Under the pieces are notes generated by a model. It had not been told where the DNA came from, did not search any database, and worked only from the letters and a program-made list of their open reading frames with translations. From NCBI GenBank assembly GCA_963764105.1, contig CAVXRP010000011.1, positions 70,851 to 134,850 on the forward strand: 64,000 nucleotides of DNA. Direction: 5' to 3'. The translations under genes and the position numbers were made by a program. Numbering within the stretch: the stretch's first letter is position 1; every line of letters starts with the position of its first letter. Origin of the DNA: Bryobacterales bacterium (GTDB taxonomy: Bacteria > Acidobacteriota > Terriglobia > Bryobacterales > Bryobacteraceae). This document shows positions 36,592 through 47,411 of this stretch, one piece after another.

Positions 36592-37689
36592 TCAAGCCCG
36601 TCGCACTTGCTCCACAATTTCCGCTATAACACTCAGCGCGATCTCCGCCGAGGTTTGCGCCCCAATCGAGATTCCAGGCTTGGTTCGAACATGCGCGATT
36701 TGCTCCGCCCTGAGACCTTTCAGACTGAGGCTGTGTAAAACCTCCTGGGAGCGTTTTTTGTTAGCCACCAATGCGATGTAGGGAATCGCAGCAGCGATCG
36801 CTTGCTCGATACCTTCCTCATCAAAACGCCCCATGCTGGCCACCACGCAGAACCGTTGGTTTGCCACTGGCAATCGAGCGAAGTCCATGACGCGTAAAAT
36901 CGTCGTTGCTTCCGGCGTGTCCGCGAACGTGAGCAGCGGATCAACTACGGCGACGCGAAAATCTAACAGATGAGCAAATTTTGCAAGCGCAACCGCGACG
37001 CCTTCCCGGCCTACCAGGACAAGCTCAGGCGCGGGCGCGAGGTCGCTCGCCGCAGTCTCCATTTCCGGGAGGTCGAAGGAATCGCTCTCATAAATTTTCC
37101 TGAGCAGATGCAGGTCCTGCGGACGGTCGGCATCGAGTAAAACACCCGCGTCATTCACCTCAATCTTGCGAATATTATCGAGATGATCGCCAAAGATGGC
37201 GCGGCCGCCTGTGTCTCCGTGCAGAGCGGCGATTTCCGGAAAAACCGACCGGTCCAAGAGCACCGGGTTGCCACGAAACCCGCGGTATAGGGGAATAAGG
37301 ATTTGCGATTTGTGCTCAAGATAATCACTGATGAGCCGATTGAGGGTCGCAGGCTTGACTAAGGGTTGGTCGGCGAGAACGACCAAGGTGGCACCAGCTT
37401 GCGAACTGAGTTCCGCGAGCCCGCGCTGGAGTGAACTGCCCATGCCGGCTTGAAACCCGTCATTCACAACCACCCTCACGATCTCATCACTCGGAATGTG
37501 CGGGCGGACGGCTTCCGCCGCCGAGCCTAACACCACCACGATCTCTCTAACCTGAGAGGCTCTCACACTCTCTAACGTGTGCTCGAGCAGTGTCTTTGAT
37601 CCTAGCCGCAAAAGCTGCTTCTGGCTGCCCATGCGACTGGACGAGCCGGCGGCGAGGATGATGGCGGAGATAGAAACAGCAGAAGACAT
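36592..37689 (-). CDS. MobA/MocA-like nucleotidyltransferase fused to XdhC/CoxI-family Rossmann domain
   Basis: N-terminal AIILAAGSSSRMGSQKQLL (NTP-transferase P-loop). The C-terminal half resembles the XdhC accessory domain. Confidence 0.75.
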   Translation of the reverse strand: MSSAVSISAIILAAGSSSRMGSQKQLLRLGSKTLLEHTLESVRASQVREIVVVLGSAAEAVRPHIPSDEIVRVVVNDGFQAGMGSSLQRGLAELSSQAGATLVVLADQPLVKPATLNRLISDYLEHKSQILIPLYRGFRGNPVLLDRSVFPEIAALHGDTGGRAIFGDHLDNIRKIEVNDAGVLLDADRPQDLHLLRKIYESDSFDLPEMETAASDLAPAPELVLVGREGVAVALAKFAHLLDFRVAVVDPLLTFADTPEATTILRVMDFARLPVANQRFCVVASMGRFDEEGIEQAIAAAIPYIALVANKKRSQEVLHSLSLKGLRAEQIAHVRTKPGISIGAQTSAEIALSVIAEIVEQVRRA

Positions 37690-37760
37690 GCGCTGCTATT
37701 ATCCCAACTGGGAGTTCGCGAATGAATTGCAACTCCGAGTGTGTTACCCTCAACGTCCAA

Positions 37761-40586
37761 ATGCGTCTTTCCGCTTTCTTCATTCTCATTTCTCTGCTCG
37801 CGGCCGCCGAAACCAAGCCACCGGCTGCCCCTGCCGACTATGGCCAATGGGAAACGCTGGTTCCCAACCCACGCTTTGGCGGGCTTTCACCCGACGGCAA
37901 ATGGCTCGCGTACGGGATCGACCGAGCTAATGGCAGCAACGAACTGCGAATTGCCAACATCGCCGCGGCCACAAATAAAGTCGTCGCTTTTGGCACGCAG
38001 GCCATTTTCTCCTCAAACTCTCGATGGGTGGCCTACAGCATTGGCTACTCGGAAACTCAACAAGATGAGCTGCGCAAGGACAAGAAGCCGGTCCACAACA
38101 AGCTCGGCTTACTGAATCTCGCAACGGACGAGCAAACGGTGGTAGAAGATATCGAATCCTTCGCCTTTAGTCCCACAGGCACCTTGTTGGCGATGCGCCG
38201 CTATGCGGCCGAGAAAAAAGATCCGCCCACACCCGTGACTCCTCCCGACGAAGAACCTCCGCCACCCGGCGCTACGTTGATTGTCAGGCAGCTTGCGACT
38301 TCTCGCGACACTACATTCGGCAACGTGGTTGAATTCGCCTGGCAAGATCTGCGTCTGCATGGCCACTTACTCGCCATGACGATCAATGCGGCGGATGACA
38401 AGACCGGCAACGGCGTCCAGCTATTTGATTCCGAAACCGGCACCCTCCGCGTGCTTGACTCCGCCGCACTCGACTACAGCGGTCTGGCCTGGCGCAAAGA
38501 GAGTTCCGATCTCGCTTTCCTCCGCTCAAGAGGAGATGACAAACACTACGGCGCCATCACCGTGGCCATGGCATGGCGCCATCTAGGCGAAGCGACCGAG
38601 GCCTCGTATCGGTACGACCCTTTGGCCGATGCGAAATTTCCAGCAGGCATGCGCACTGTCTCATACCGCAAACCTACTTGGTCCGAGGACGGCCAGACGG
38701 TCCTTCTCGGGATGGCGAAATGGCTGGAGAAACCACCTGTCGCGAAAAAGCCTGCCTCCGAAAAAGAGGCTGCGACTGACGCTGACGAACCCGCCGCAGT
38801 GGACGTTTGGCACTGGCATGATCTCGACGTAATGCCGAAGCAAAAGATCAACGCCCGTAACGATTCACAGCGCAACCTGCTCGCCGCCTGGCATCTTGAA
38901 TTGGGTTCACTCACGCAACTGGGCCGTGCTCTCACTGAGCAGGTCACTCCCATTCAGCATCAGAACCTAGCTTGGGCGGCTGACTGGAAGGCTTACGCCC
39001 TCGATCGGACCATCGGTCGTCCAGCGGCGGACATCTACCTTGTCGATTTAACAACGGGCGATCGCACGAAGGTTCACGAAAACCTGATCGCCGATCACTA
39101 CGTTCAATCCAGTCCGGGCGGCCGCTACTTGCTTTACCTGCAGGACAATCATTATTGGACCGTCAACACCGCCACGCGCGTGGTTGTGAATATTACCAAG
39201 AACGTGAAAACATCCTTCGTCGATCGCGAATCGGATTACACGCAAAAGCAGAAGCCTGCTTTTGGCGTGGCCGGCTGGACCAAAGACGATGCCAGTGTCA
39301 TCCTCTACGACAAATTCGATCTGTGGCAGGTGACACCCGATGGGTCGCATGCCACACGCATCACCGACGGCGCGGAAAACGAAACCCGCCATCGCTACGT
39401 GCGCCTCGACCCTGATGAGGAGTTCATCGATACATCGAAAGCCCTCTACCTGAGCCTGTTTGGGATTTGGACGAAGCAATCCGGCTACGCGAGCCTTGAA
39501 CCGGGCGCCTCTAAGGACCACCATCTCATCTGCGAAGATAAGAGCGTTTCGAGACTCGGCAAAGCGAAGGACTCCGATGTGTTCGAGTATGTCTCCGAGA
39601 CGTTTGAAGAATCTCCGAACATCTTCGTCACCAGCCTTGACAGCAAGGTCGACTGGAAAGAGGCTCGACAAATAACGAAAACAAACGAGTTTCAAAGCAA
39701 ATACGCCTGGGGCCGCTCAGAGTTAATTGAATACAAGAACAGTCAAGGTCAGAGGCTGCAAGGATCTCTCTACTATCCAGCGGGGTACGAAGCCGGTCGC
39801 AAATATCCCATGGTCGTGTATCTATACGAAAAGCTCTCCGATTCGCTGCACCACTATAGTTCCCTTTCGGAGCGCAATTACTATAATCCCGGCGCTGTTA
39901 CCAGCCATGGCTACTTCCTGCTCATGCCCGATATCGTGTTTCGTCCGCGTGAACCAGGCGTTTCGGTTGCCGACTGCGTGACCGCTGCCGTAAAGAAGGT
40001 GTTGGAAAAAGGGATAGTGGATGAACACAAGATTGGCGTTATGGGTCACTCCTGGGGAGGTTTTGATTCCACTTATCTTGCGACTCACAGCAGCATTTTC
40101 GCCGCAGCTGTGGCGGGTGCTCCCATCACCGACCTGGTGAGCAACTATGGCAATCATCACTGGAGCTCCGGTATCGCCGAAACCGATCACATCGAAACCG
40201 GCCAGCAGCGCATGGAAGTGCCGCTGTGGGAGGATTTACCAGCTTACATACGCAACTCTGCGGTATTCAACGCCCAGAACATGACCACACCACTTCTGAT
40301 TGAGGTGGGAGACAGCGACGGCACTGTGTTCTTTCATCAGGGAGTTGAACTCTATAACATCGCCCGTCGCGCGAAAAAGGAGGTGGTCCTGATCGTTTAT
40401 GCCGGCGAGGATCACGGGCTCAAAAAGAAGCAAGATCAGATTGACTACCAAAGCCGCATCTTCGCCTGGTTTGGGCACTACTTGAAAGGCGAAACAGCAC
40501 CGGCCTGGATTACCGATGGCGAGAGCTATCTGGATCGCCAGCGGGAAGTAAAAGCTCTCAAATCAGAGAGTGAGACAGTTCGGTAG
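37761..40586 (+). CDS. S9 family serine peptidase with N-terminal beta-propeller
   Basis: Signal peptide MRLSAFFILISLLAAAE (internal ATG preferred over 37722). Catalytic triad context GHSWGG, GDSDGTV and GEDHGL. Confidence 0.88.
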   Translation: MRLSAFFILISLLAAAETKPPAAPADYGQWETLVPNPRFGGLSPDGKWLAYGIDRANGSNELRIANIAAATNKVVAFGTQAIFSSNSRWVAYSIGYSETQQDELRKDKKPVHNKLGLLNLATDEQTVVEDIESFAFSPTGTLLAMRRYAAEKKDPPTPVTPPDEEPPPPGATLIVRQLATSRDTTFGNVVEFAWQDLRLHGHLLAMTINAADDKTGNGVQLFDSETGTLRVLDSAALDYSGLAWRKESSDLAFLRSRGDDKHYGAITVAMAWRHLGEATEASYRYDPLADAKFPAGMRTVSYRKPTWSEDGQTVLLGMAKWLEKPPVAKKPASEKEAATDADEPAAVDVWHWHDLDVMPKQKINARNDSQRNLLAAWHLELGSLTQLGRALTEQVTPIQHQNLAWAADWKAYALDRTIGRPAADIYLVDLTTGDRTKVHENLIADHYVQSSPGGRYLLYLQDNHYWTVNTATRVVVNITKNVKTSFVDRESDYTQKQKPAFGVAGWTKDDASVILYDKFDLWQVTPDGSHATRITDGAENETRHRYVRLDPDEEFIDTSKALYLSLFGIWTKQSGYASLEPGASKDHHLICEDKSVSRLGKAKDSDVFEYVSETFEESPNIFVTSLDSKVDWKEARQITKTNEFQSKYAWGRSELIEYKNSQGQRLQGSLYYPAGYEAGRKYPMVVYLYEKLSDSLHHYSSLSERNYYNPGAVTSHGYFLLMPDIVFRPREPGVSVADCVTAAVKKVLEKGIVDEHKIGVMGHSWGGFDSTYLATHSSIFAAAVAGAPITDLVSNYGNHHWSSGIAETDHIETGQQRMEVPLWEDLPAYIRNSAVFNAQNMTTPLLIEVGDSDGTVFFHQGVELYNIARRAKKEVVLIVYAGEDHGLKKKQDQIDYQSRIFAWFGHYLKGETAPAWITDGESYLDRQREVKALKSESETVR

Positions 40587-40686
40587 TGCAAGTGCCACAT
40601 GCCATCGCGTCCCGGTCGAAGATGAGTTTGGCGGCAAAGGGTCTATCCCCTTTGCCGCCTCTGCGCTTCCATGCGATACTCCAACA

Positions 40687-41565
40687 ATGATTCTCCGCCG
40701 GTCTGTGTTGGTCACCGCGCCCTGGCTGCTGATCGGGGCCACTAAAGCAACGCAATCTAAGGCCGCCGATCAACCACAGACGGTTTCTTTGTTGGGTCGA
40801 AAACTTTATGCTTTGCCAGACGACGATGGCGCGATCCAAGCAGCGCAGACCAAACTCGCTGCCGATCCCAAAGATGTTCCGCTTGCCTTGAAACTCTCCA
40901 AGGCGCAAGCGGCCAAACGCCAATATCGACAGGCCATTGCCACTTGTACGGCGGCTCTCACTACAGCTCCAAACAACGCAGATTTGTTAGTGGAACGCGG
41001 ACACCGTGAGCTCGGTCTGCGCGAATTCAAAGCAGCGTTAGCGGATCTTCGCCGCGCCGGGACATTGGATCCGGAGCAACTGGATGCGCAATACCATCTT
41101 GGTCTCGCCTATTACTTTCTCCGTCAGTTTGGAAATGCCGCGGACGCATTCGGCCGCGCGCTGGCACTGGCTCAATCGGCCGATAGCGTCATTGATTGTT
41201 CGAACTGGCGATACGTGTCGCTTCGCCGCAACGGCCAGACATCGGATGCGGCGCGCGTCCTCGCACGCATCACTCCTGACGTTAAGAACACCGAGCCGCA
41301 TTTGTTCTTCTATTTGCAGTTGCTGCACTTCTATCAAGGCAAGCTGTCGGAGGCGCAAGTACTGCCTCCGAAACCGTCCGGTCCAGCGGATATAGAGGCT
41401 GAGTTGTCTTTCAATACCATCAACTACGGGGTCGGTAACTGGCACCTTTATAACGGCGATCCGTCGTATGCCGTCGCGTTTTTCAAGAACGCCACCAGCG
41501 GTTCCGCTTGGAATAGCTGGGGCTTCATAGGATCGGAAGTGGAACTGGCGAACGGCCCACGCTAA
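40687..41565 (+). CDS. TPR repeat protein, exported
   Basis: MILRRSVLVTAPWLLIGA signal (internal ATG). TPR-like helices (AIATCTAALTTAPNNADLLVERGHRELGLREFKAALADL..). Confidence 0.7.
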   Translation: MILRRSVLVTAPWLLIGATKATQSKAADQPQTVSLLGRKLYALPDDDGAIQAAQTKLAADPKDVPLALKLSKAQAAKRQYRQAIATCTAALTTAPNNADLLVERGHRELGLREFKAALADLRRAGTLDPEQLDAQYHLGLAYYFLRQFGNAADAFGRALALAQSADSVIDCSNWRYVSLRRNGQTSDAARVLARITPDVKNTEPHLFFYLQLLHFYQGKLSEAQVLPPKPSGPADIEAELSFNTINYGVGNWHLYNGDPSYAVAFFKNATSGSAWNSWGFIGSEVELANGPR

Positions 41566-41570
41566 CGAGC

Positions 41571-42836
41571 CTAGCGCTCACAAACGTTTGTTCCGCCGGC
41601 GCGCTTGATTTCGTCCGCCACCTCACTGAAACTGTTCTCAAGCGCAGCCTGATAAGGTGTCTTCCGATTCTTGCCGCACAAGTTGGGATTCGCTTTGTGT
41701 TGTAAGAGCAGCTTTGCTGTGGTCCCTTTGCCAAAGGAGGCAGCCGAATACAGGGCGGTTGTCCCTGAACTGCCGCTGATACGATTCACTAGAGCGCCCT
41801 CCTCAAGCAGCATTTCCGCAATCGCGTCAAAGCCTTGCAAAGAGGCATCCGCCAAAGGGTAAGTTCCGTTCGGGCCGCTGAGATTTGGATCGGCGTGGTC
41901 TTTCAAGAGCACGCCTACAACCTTCGCCGCGCCCGTGAACGCCGCCGTGTCCAGCGCGCTAGAGCCCGAAGGTAGAATACTGTTGGCCGATGCGCCGTGG
42001 CGAAGAAGAGTTTTCACTACCAGGGACTCATCTTTTCGAACCGCCGTCTCCATCGCCCTCTCCAATAAGAGCGGCGTCTCTTTCTCCTTCGGCTCCGCTT
42101 CGAGCAGGAGGACAGCGCAATCCTCTTTCCTCATTCTGATGGCATTGTCTAAAGGGCGGTAACCGTTCTTGTCGGGAATGCCAAGGTCCGGATTGAAGCG
42201 AAGCAGATACTCAACAAGCCGCGCGTGGCCCTTGTAGGCGGCTTCGTTGATGGGTGTTGCGCCCGTTCTAGGCTCGATTTCATTGAGGCGCGCGCCATGC
42301 GCCAGCAGAACAGCGGTTTCATCGAGAAATCCATACCAAACTGCTTCATCTAACGGGCTCGTGCCATCCTGGTCGCGAGCATTGACATCGGCGTCCTTGG
42401 CAAGGAGCAACTGGATGACGGCTAACTGTCCATTCGCGAAGTGGAGAGCCGTCCGACCTGTCGGCCCTTTGGCGTTTACCTGAGCCCCGGCCGCAATCAA
42501 TATCGCAGCGATGCGCACGTTGCCTGACTCGGCCGCATATTGAAGCGGGCTGTTTGACGATTCGCGCTCGCCGCGGCCGTCTAACTGTAAGTTCGGATCG
42601 GCATGGTAGGCAAGCAACAACTCAACAAGTTGGGTTTGGTTAAATGACACCGCATAGGTTAGAGGAGTCTGCCCATATTGGTCAGCCAGATTCGGACCGA
42701 CGCCGGACGAAAGAAGGCTCTCCGCCCTTTTTAGATCGCCGAGCCTGGCTGCTTTCGTAAGCATCTCCGCGGCGGCATCGGCGTCGGCTGCGAACGCGTT
42801 CGCCGCCAGCCCTAAAACGAAAAGGATCAGCCGCAT
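41571..42836 (-). CDS. ankyrin repeat protein, exported
   Basis: Signal peptide followed by at least 10 repeats of the G.TPL..A......V..LL..GA..N type. Confidence 0.88.
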   Translation of the reverse strand: MRLILFVLGLAANAFAADADAAAEMLTKAARLGDLKRAESLLSSGVGPNLADQYGQTPLTYAVSFNQTQLVELLLAYHADPNLQLDGRGERESSNSPLQYAAESGNVRIAAILIAAGAQVNAKGPTGRTALHFANGQLAVIQLLLAKDADVNARDQDGTSPLDEAVWYGFLDETAVLLAHGARLNEIEPRTGATPINEAAYKGHARLVEYLLRFNPDLGIPDKNGYRPLDNAIRMRKEDCAVLLLEAEPKEKETPLLLERAMETAVRKDESLVVKTLLRHGASANSILPSGSSALDTAAFTGAAKVVGVLLKDHADPNLSGPNGTYPLADASLQGFDAIAEMLLEEGALVNRISGSSGTTALYSAASFGKGTTAKLLLQHKANPNLCGKNRKTPYQAALENSFSEVADEIKRAGGTNVCER

Positions 42837-42949
42837 ACACTCATTTCATTTTGCGATATACTGCGCAGGTTGCTTAGCGAATTATCAGGGGCGCGCGCAA
42901 TTGTCGTACAATGCCTCAATTAGTCCTCAATCCGTTCATTGGAATCTAA

Positions 42950-44269
42950 ATGGCCTCTGCTGACCGTACATTACACATCAAGCCAGTGGTTCTCATGCCC
43001 GGTTGGCATCTGGGACCGCGCATCGCCTTTCGCTTCTGTTTTCTTTATTTCGGCCTGTTTTGTCTTTCTACGCAAATCCTCGGCGGCTTTCTTCCGATTC
43101 CAAAAGTCGACATACCCGATTTTTCTTTGCTGTGGCAACCCATCGTTTTCTGGACCGCCGCGCACGTTTTTAACGCCAAGCTTCCGCTCGTCTCGACCGG
43201 CAGCGGCAGCGGAGACAACACATTTGACTGGGTGCTGGTATTCTGCCTGCTCATTTTCTCGCTGGTGGCCACCGCCCTCTGGTCCTTTCTTGATCGCAAG
43301 CGTTCCAACTACGCGATACTGCACAAATGGTTTCGGGTTTTCATCCGCTTTTCCCTGGCGGGCCAAATGCTTTCCTATGGCATGGCAAAAGTTATTCCGC
43401 TGCAAATGCCTTTCCCGTATCTTACGCAACTACTTGAACCGCTTGGGAATTTTTCTCCCATGGGCGTGCTCTGGTCCTCCATCGGGTCCTCACGTGGTTA
43501 CGAAATATTCGCCGGATGCGCCGAAACGCTGGCCGGCGGCTTGCTCGTTTTCGCCCGGACCACTCCCCTTGGCGCGCTACTCGGCCTGTTTGAAATGACC
43601 CATGTGTTCATGCTCAACATGACTTATGACGTCCCGGTGAAGCTTTTCTCGTTCCACTTAATCCTGCTAAACCTATTGCTGCTCGCGCCCGAGATGCCCC
43701 GCTTTATTAACTTTTTCATCCGAAATTCCGTTGCGTTACCGTCGCCTGAGATTCCGCTCTTCGAAGATCCTCGCCGCAACCGCATTGCATTCTGGGCGCA
43801 GGTCGGCTTGGGCGTCTGGCTCTTGACAATGAACCTCTATGGCAACGGCCAGCTGTGGTTTGAATATGGTGGAGGGCGCGAGAAATCCCCTCTCTACGGC
43901 ATTTGGCATGTGAGGGGAATGTCCATTGACGGTCGTCTCCGCCCGCTTCTGCTCACCGACGCCGATCTATGGCGCAATGCCGTTTTCGACTTTCCCGAAA
44001 GGATGACAGTGCAGCGCATGAACGGCGAGTTCACCCATTACAACGTCTCACTCAAAATGGATGCCAAGACTCTCGAACTCACCCGCAGCCATGAAAAAAA
44101 TGCGCAAGCCAATCTCGCATTTCAGCAGCCGGCGCCCGGCCAACTGGTCCTCGATGGATTGCTAGACGGCCACAAGGTTCACATGCAACTCGAAGAGATG
44201 GATCGCAACCAATTCCTTCTGGGCAATCGCGGTTTCCATTGGGTGCAGGAATACCCTTTAAACCGCTAG
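42950..44269 (+). CDS. hypothetical integral membrane protein
   Basis: 439 aa with several predicted TM helices in the first ~270 aa and a soluble C-terminal domain. No family assigned. Confidence 0.6.
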   Translation: MASADRTLHIKPVVLMPGWHLGPRIAFRFCFLYFGLFCLSTQILGGFLPIPKVDIPDFSLLWQPIVFWTAAHVFNAKLPLVSTGSGSGDNTFDWVLVFCLLIFSLVATALWSFLDRKRSNYAILHKWFRVFIRFSLAGQMLSYGMAKVIPLQMPFPYLTQLLEPLGNFSPMGVLWSSIGSSRGYEIFAGCAETLAGGLLVFARTTPLGALLGLFEMTHVFMLNMTYDVPVKLFSFHLILLNLLLLAPEMPRFINFFIRNSVALPSPEIPLFEDPRRNRIAFWAQVGLGVWLLTMNLYGNGQLWFEYGGGREKSPLYGIWHVRGMSIDGRLRPLLLTDADLWRNAVFDFPERMTVQRMNGEFTHYNVSLKMDAKTLELTRSHEKNAQANLAFQQPAPGQLVLDGLLDGHKVHMQLEEMDRNQFLLGNRGFHWVQEYPLNR

Positions 44270-44799
44270 GGCGTCAAGACCCTGATATCTCCCAAGTTGC
44301 GGTAGTCTTCTGCATAGTCCAGGCCATACCCAACCACAAACTCGTCCGGAATTTGGAAGCCAATATATTTCACATCCACGTGCGCCAATCGCCGCTCCGG
44401 CTTATCCAGTAGCGTCGCGATGGCAAGCGATTTCGGATGCCGCTGTTCCAGCAGACGCTTTAAATAGCTCAGGGTGACACCGCTGTCGATGATGTCTTCC
44501 ACAATCAAAACTTGCTGGCCTTCGATATTGACGTCCAAATCGCGCGTCACCTTCACTTGGCCGGAGCTCGTCTTCTGATTGCCATAGCTGGAAATCGCCA
44601 TAAACTCAATGCGCACCGAAGAGCGTTTCAGGGCCCGCACCAGATCGGCCACAAAAATGAATGCCCCTTTCAGGATAGAAACGATGTAAATAGGGCCTTC
44701 CGGATAATCGCGCTCAATCTGCGCCGCCATCTCGTGCACGCGCTTTTGAATTTGCTCCGCGGAAATAAGAATTCGCTCGGCTGCAGCAGGCATGCCCAC
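44266..44799 (-). CDS. hpt: hypoxanthine phosphoribosyltransferase
   Basis: VSILKGAFIFVADL, PRPP motif VLIVEDIIDSGVTL, and GYGLDYAEDYRNL. Confidence 0.92.
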   Translation of the reverse strand: MGMPAAAERILISAEQIQKRVHEMAAQIERDYPEGPIYIVSILKGAFIFVADLVRALKRSSVRIEFMAISSYGNQKTSSGQVKVTRDLDVNIEGQQVLIVEDIIDSGVTLSYLKRLLEQRHPKSLAIATLLDKPERRLAHVDVKYIGFQIPDEFVVGYGLDYAEDYRNLGDIRVLTP

Positions 44800-44909
44800 A
44801 ATCTTAGCGTTGATGGGAATTTTCCTTCAGGAGAGTGACGATCTGGCTGAAGCGTCCTTCTTTACTTGAAGATCGTATGCTCAACCGTCCCCAATAAATA
44901 TAATGGTAA

Positions 44910-45146
44910 GTGATGCATTTCGACAGCAATCAATGGATCACGATTATTGTGGCGCTCATCGCGGCAGGCGGACCCACAGGTACTGCTGTCTTTGCCCTAA
45001 TTAGCAGTAATAAACGCCTGGACGACATTGCCCGGCGACTCGACCGGATCGAAATACGTCTGGATAAACTTGACGAAAACGTCGGCAACGTAAAGGAACG
45101 CCTCGTACGGCTAGAGGAGCGGGCTGGCGTGATATCGACCCGCTAG
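44910..45146 (+). CDS. small membrane / coiled-coil protein, hypothetical
   Basis: 78 aa. One TM helix (WITIIVALIAAGGPTGTAVFALI) followed by a heptad-like segment. Confidence 0.4.
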   Translation: MMHFDSNQWITIIVALIAAGGPTGTAVFALISSNKRLDDIARRLDRIEIRLDKLDENVGNVKERLVRLEERAGVISTR

Positions 45147-45198
45147 TTTCCTTTTATAAGCAACAATGAGCAACACAATCGACTTCTGACGCATCACG

Positions 45199-45549
45199 AT
45201 GAGACAGATGGCCAAGAAGAAAACCTCCAAACCAGCCAAGAAAACCAAAAAGAAACCCACGAAACCGAGCAATCCTGTCGGTCCGGTGTCGAGCGGGAGC
45301 GGCTCGAGCACCGGACAGCCGATTTTTGCGCAGCCGCAACCTTCGCCCGATCCGACCGGCTTTAAAGATCCCGTTACCGACCAGAGCGAGCAGGAACTCA
45401 CGACCCTTGGCATCGTGCCCGAGCCGGTGGGGAATGCTGTCGAACCGATACTGACGTTGGCGCAAGTCTACGGGAGCGCGGGTGCAGCCAAAACGCAAGC
45501 GATTCAACAGGCCGGACAAATTGTTTGCGCTTCATGCCCCCAAAGCTGA
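45199..45549 (+). CDS. hypothetical protein with Lys-rich N-terminus, possibly a truncated gene
   Basis: 116-aa ORF (MAKKKTSKPAKKTKKKPTKP..) that terminates where the coding signal of block 1 is lost. Confidence 0.35.
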   Translation: MRQMAKKKTSKPAKKTKKKPTKPSNPVGPVSSGSGSSTGQPIFAQPQPSPDPTGFKDPVTDQSEQELTTLGIVPEPVGNAVEPILTLAQVYGSAGAAKTQAIQQAGQIVCASCPQS

Positions 45550-45641
45550 ACGTGATCGCACCAAAAAACAACGGCATTTCAAGTGCACAAAAAAGTCAGC
45601 GCAACCGGTGGGTCGCGCTGGCTGATGGGAGGAGAAAAAAT

Positions 45642-45902
45642 TTAGCTGTTGGCCTCAACGCCGGCGAAGTGGGTGGCCATGATCGCCTCGGTGCGCGAAA
45701 CTTCGAAGTCCCGCTTTTTCATGATCTGCGAATTCTCAAGCTCGCTGACCGCGAACTCTTCGAAGACGGTGCCGTCGGGGGCGGTCCACGTGGAGCGACC
45801 CTCGATCTGCTTGGCGGCGGATTCCAAGTTCGTCAGGAGAAAGGAGAGAATCTGGAGTGTGCCAAAAACTCCGACGAATGCGGCAAGGATTTCGAGGGTC
45901 AT
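45642..45902 (-). CDS. hypothetical small protein
   Basis: 86-aa ORF with one hydrophobic N-terminal helix. No homology recognised. Confidence 0.3.
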   Translation of the reverse strand: MTLEILAAFVGVFGTLQILSFLLTNLESAAKQIEGRSTWTAPDGTVFEEFAVSELENSQIMKKRDFEVSRTEAIMATHFAGVEANS

Positions 45903-46262
45903 AGGTGCTTTTTTCTTCGTTGCTATAATCGAGAAGTAGGCGAATTTTGGCGCAGCGTCAACAGAAAAATAGGAAGATTATGCGCTGTTGTTAGAAAAAA
46001 TTTGAGTTCCAGAATGGCATTTTCAAGCTATGGATAGGCATATATTGCCTGTTTTTGACACTTTTGGGCCTTTTCTAAAAACATTGCAATTATAATATGC
46101 TTTCCTTTAGTTACTTACAAATTAATGATATTTGTGTGCCAATTCCATGAATAACACAATTTTTAGAATCAAGTTACACTTTCAAATTTCGCGCGAGCGC
46201 TTCTTTCCTTTTCTGCGCACTTTCGCCGTGCAGTTTGCCCGTCTCATGGCAAACTCAGGGCC

Positions 46263-47390
46263 ATGGACATCGTCGAAGCAACGCGCAAGTTCGAAGCTTG
46301 GCTGAAGGGCCGGATCGCCATCGTCCGCCGCGACATCGCCTACAAGCATGAGCAGATGCGCGCCGACCCGTTTCTGTTCTTTCGCGCCACTTACTACCGC
46401 TGGGCGCAAATTTGGCCGAGCAATGCCCGCAAACTGGCGCGCGCGGCCGAGGTCTACGCCGTCGGCGATCTCCATATCGAGAATTTCGGCACATGGCGCG
46501 ATGCCGAAGGCCGGTCTGTCTGGGGCGTCAACGATTTCGACGAGGCCCACCCGATGGCCTTTACCAACGATCTCGTGCGTCTGGCCGTCAGCGCGCTGCT
46601 GGCCGCCGATAGCGTCGCGCGGTTTCAACCTCAGGCCCGGCGGAAATTTGCGCCGCAGAATCGCCGACGGCTACCGCGCTGAGATCGAGCGGGAGGCGAA
46701 CCGTTTGTCTGATGGAGATCCAATCCCGAGCTGCGCCGCATGGCCATCCAGGATTTCCGTCAGCCCGCGGCCTTTTGGGAGACGGCTCGAAGGCCAAGTC
46801 GGCGCCGCATGCGCGGCGCTTGCCGGCCTCCGGCGCGCAAGGCCTTCGCGAATATGCTATCCAGAAGGGCGCCGAGGCCACATATCGCGTGCTCACAAAA
46901 CTCCGAAAGGCCTCGGCAGCCTGGGCCGGCAGCGCTTCCTGGCCTGGCGCGATTGGCAGGGCGGCACGATGGCGCGCGAGGTCAAGGAAGTCGCGCCCTC
47001 CGCCTCGGCGGGCCTCTGGGCAAGGGTGACCGCGCCGGCGAGGGCAATCCCTGGCTGGAGAAAACCGTCCGCGTCGGCCGTGCGCTGCGCCGATCCGTGG
47101 TGGGAAGTCCGGCGGGGCTGGCTGGTGCGCCGGCTCGGGCCCCGATTGCAGCCGCATCGACATCGAGGAACTCGTCCATCACGAAGACCTCGCCGCGCTC
47201 CTGCATCGCCATGGGCCGCGAGACCGCCAATATCCACCTCGGCACGCCCAAGGGCCGCAAGCGCCTGCGCGCCGCGTTGGCCGAGCTGCCGGACGACTGG
47301 CTTCTGGGCGTGGCGCGGCAGATGCACAAGCGCAGCCTGAAAGAATGGCGCGACTTCAAGCGCGGGGCCAAAAGGAAGCTCGCGGGCTGA
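46263..47390 (+). pseudogene. DUF2252 family protein, multiple frameshifts
   Basis: FFRATYYRW, AVGDLHIENFGTWRD and NDFDEA are in the first frame. Later family-like pieces (GLGSLGRQRFLA, MGRETANIHLGTP, LKEWRDF) lie in the two other frames, so at least 3 frame switches. Confidence 0.7.
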
Positions 47391-47411
47391 AACGCGCTTC
47401 TCTATAACGAG

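Noticed and set aside
42939-43598. 219-aa alternative-frame ORF overlapping the 439-aa membrane protein gene.
   Set aside because: The longer frame (42950-44269) has coherent TM helices. The alternative frame is Ser/Pro/Cys-rich with no structure.
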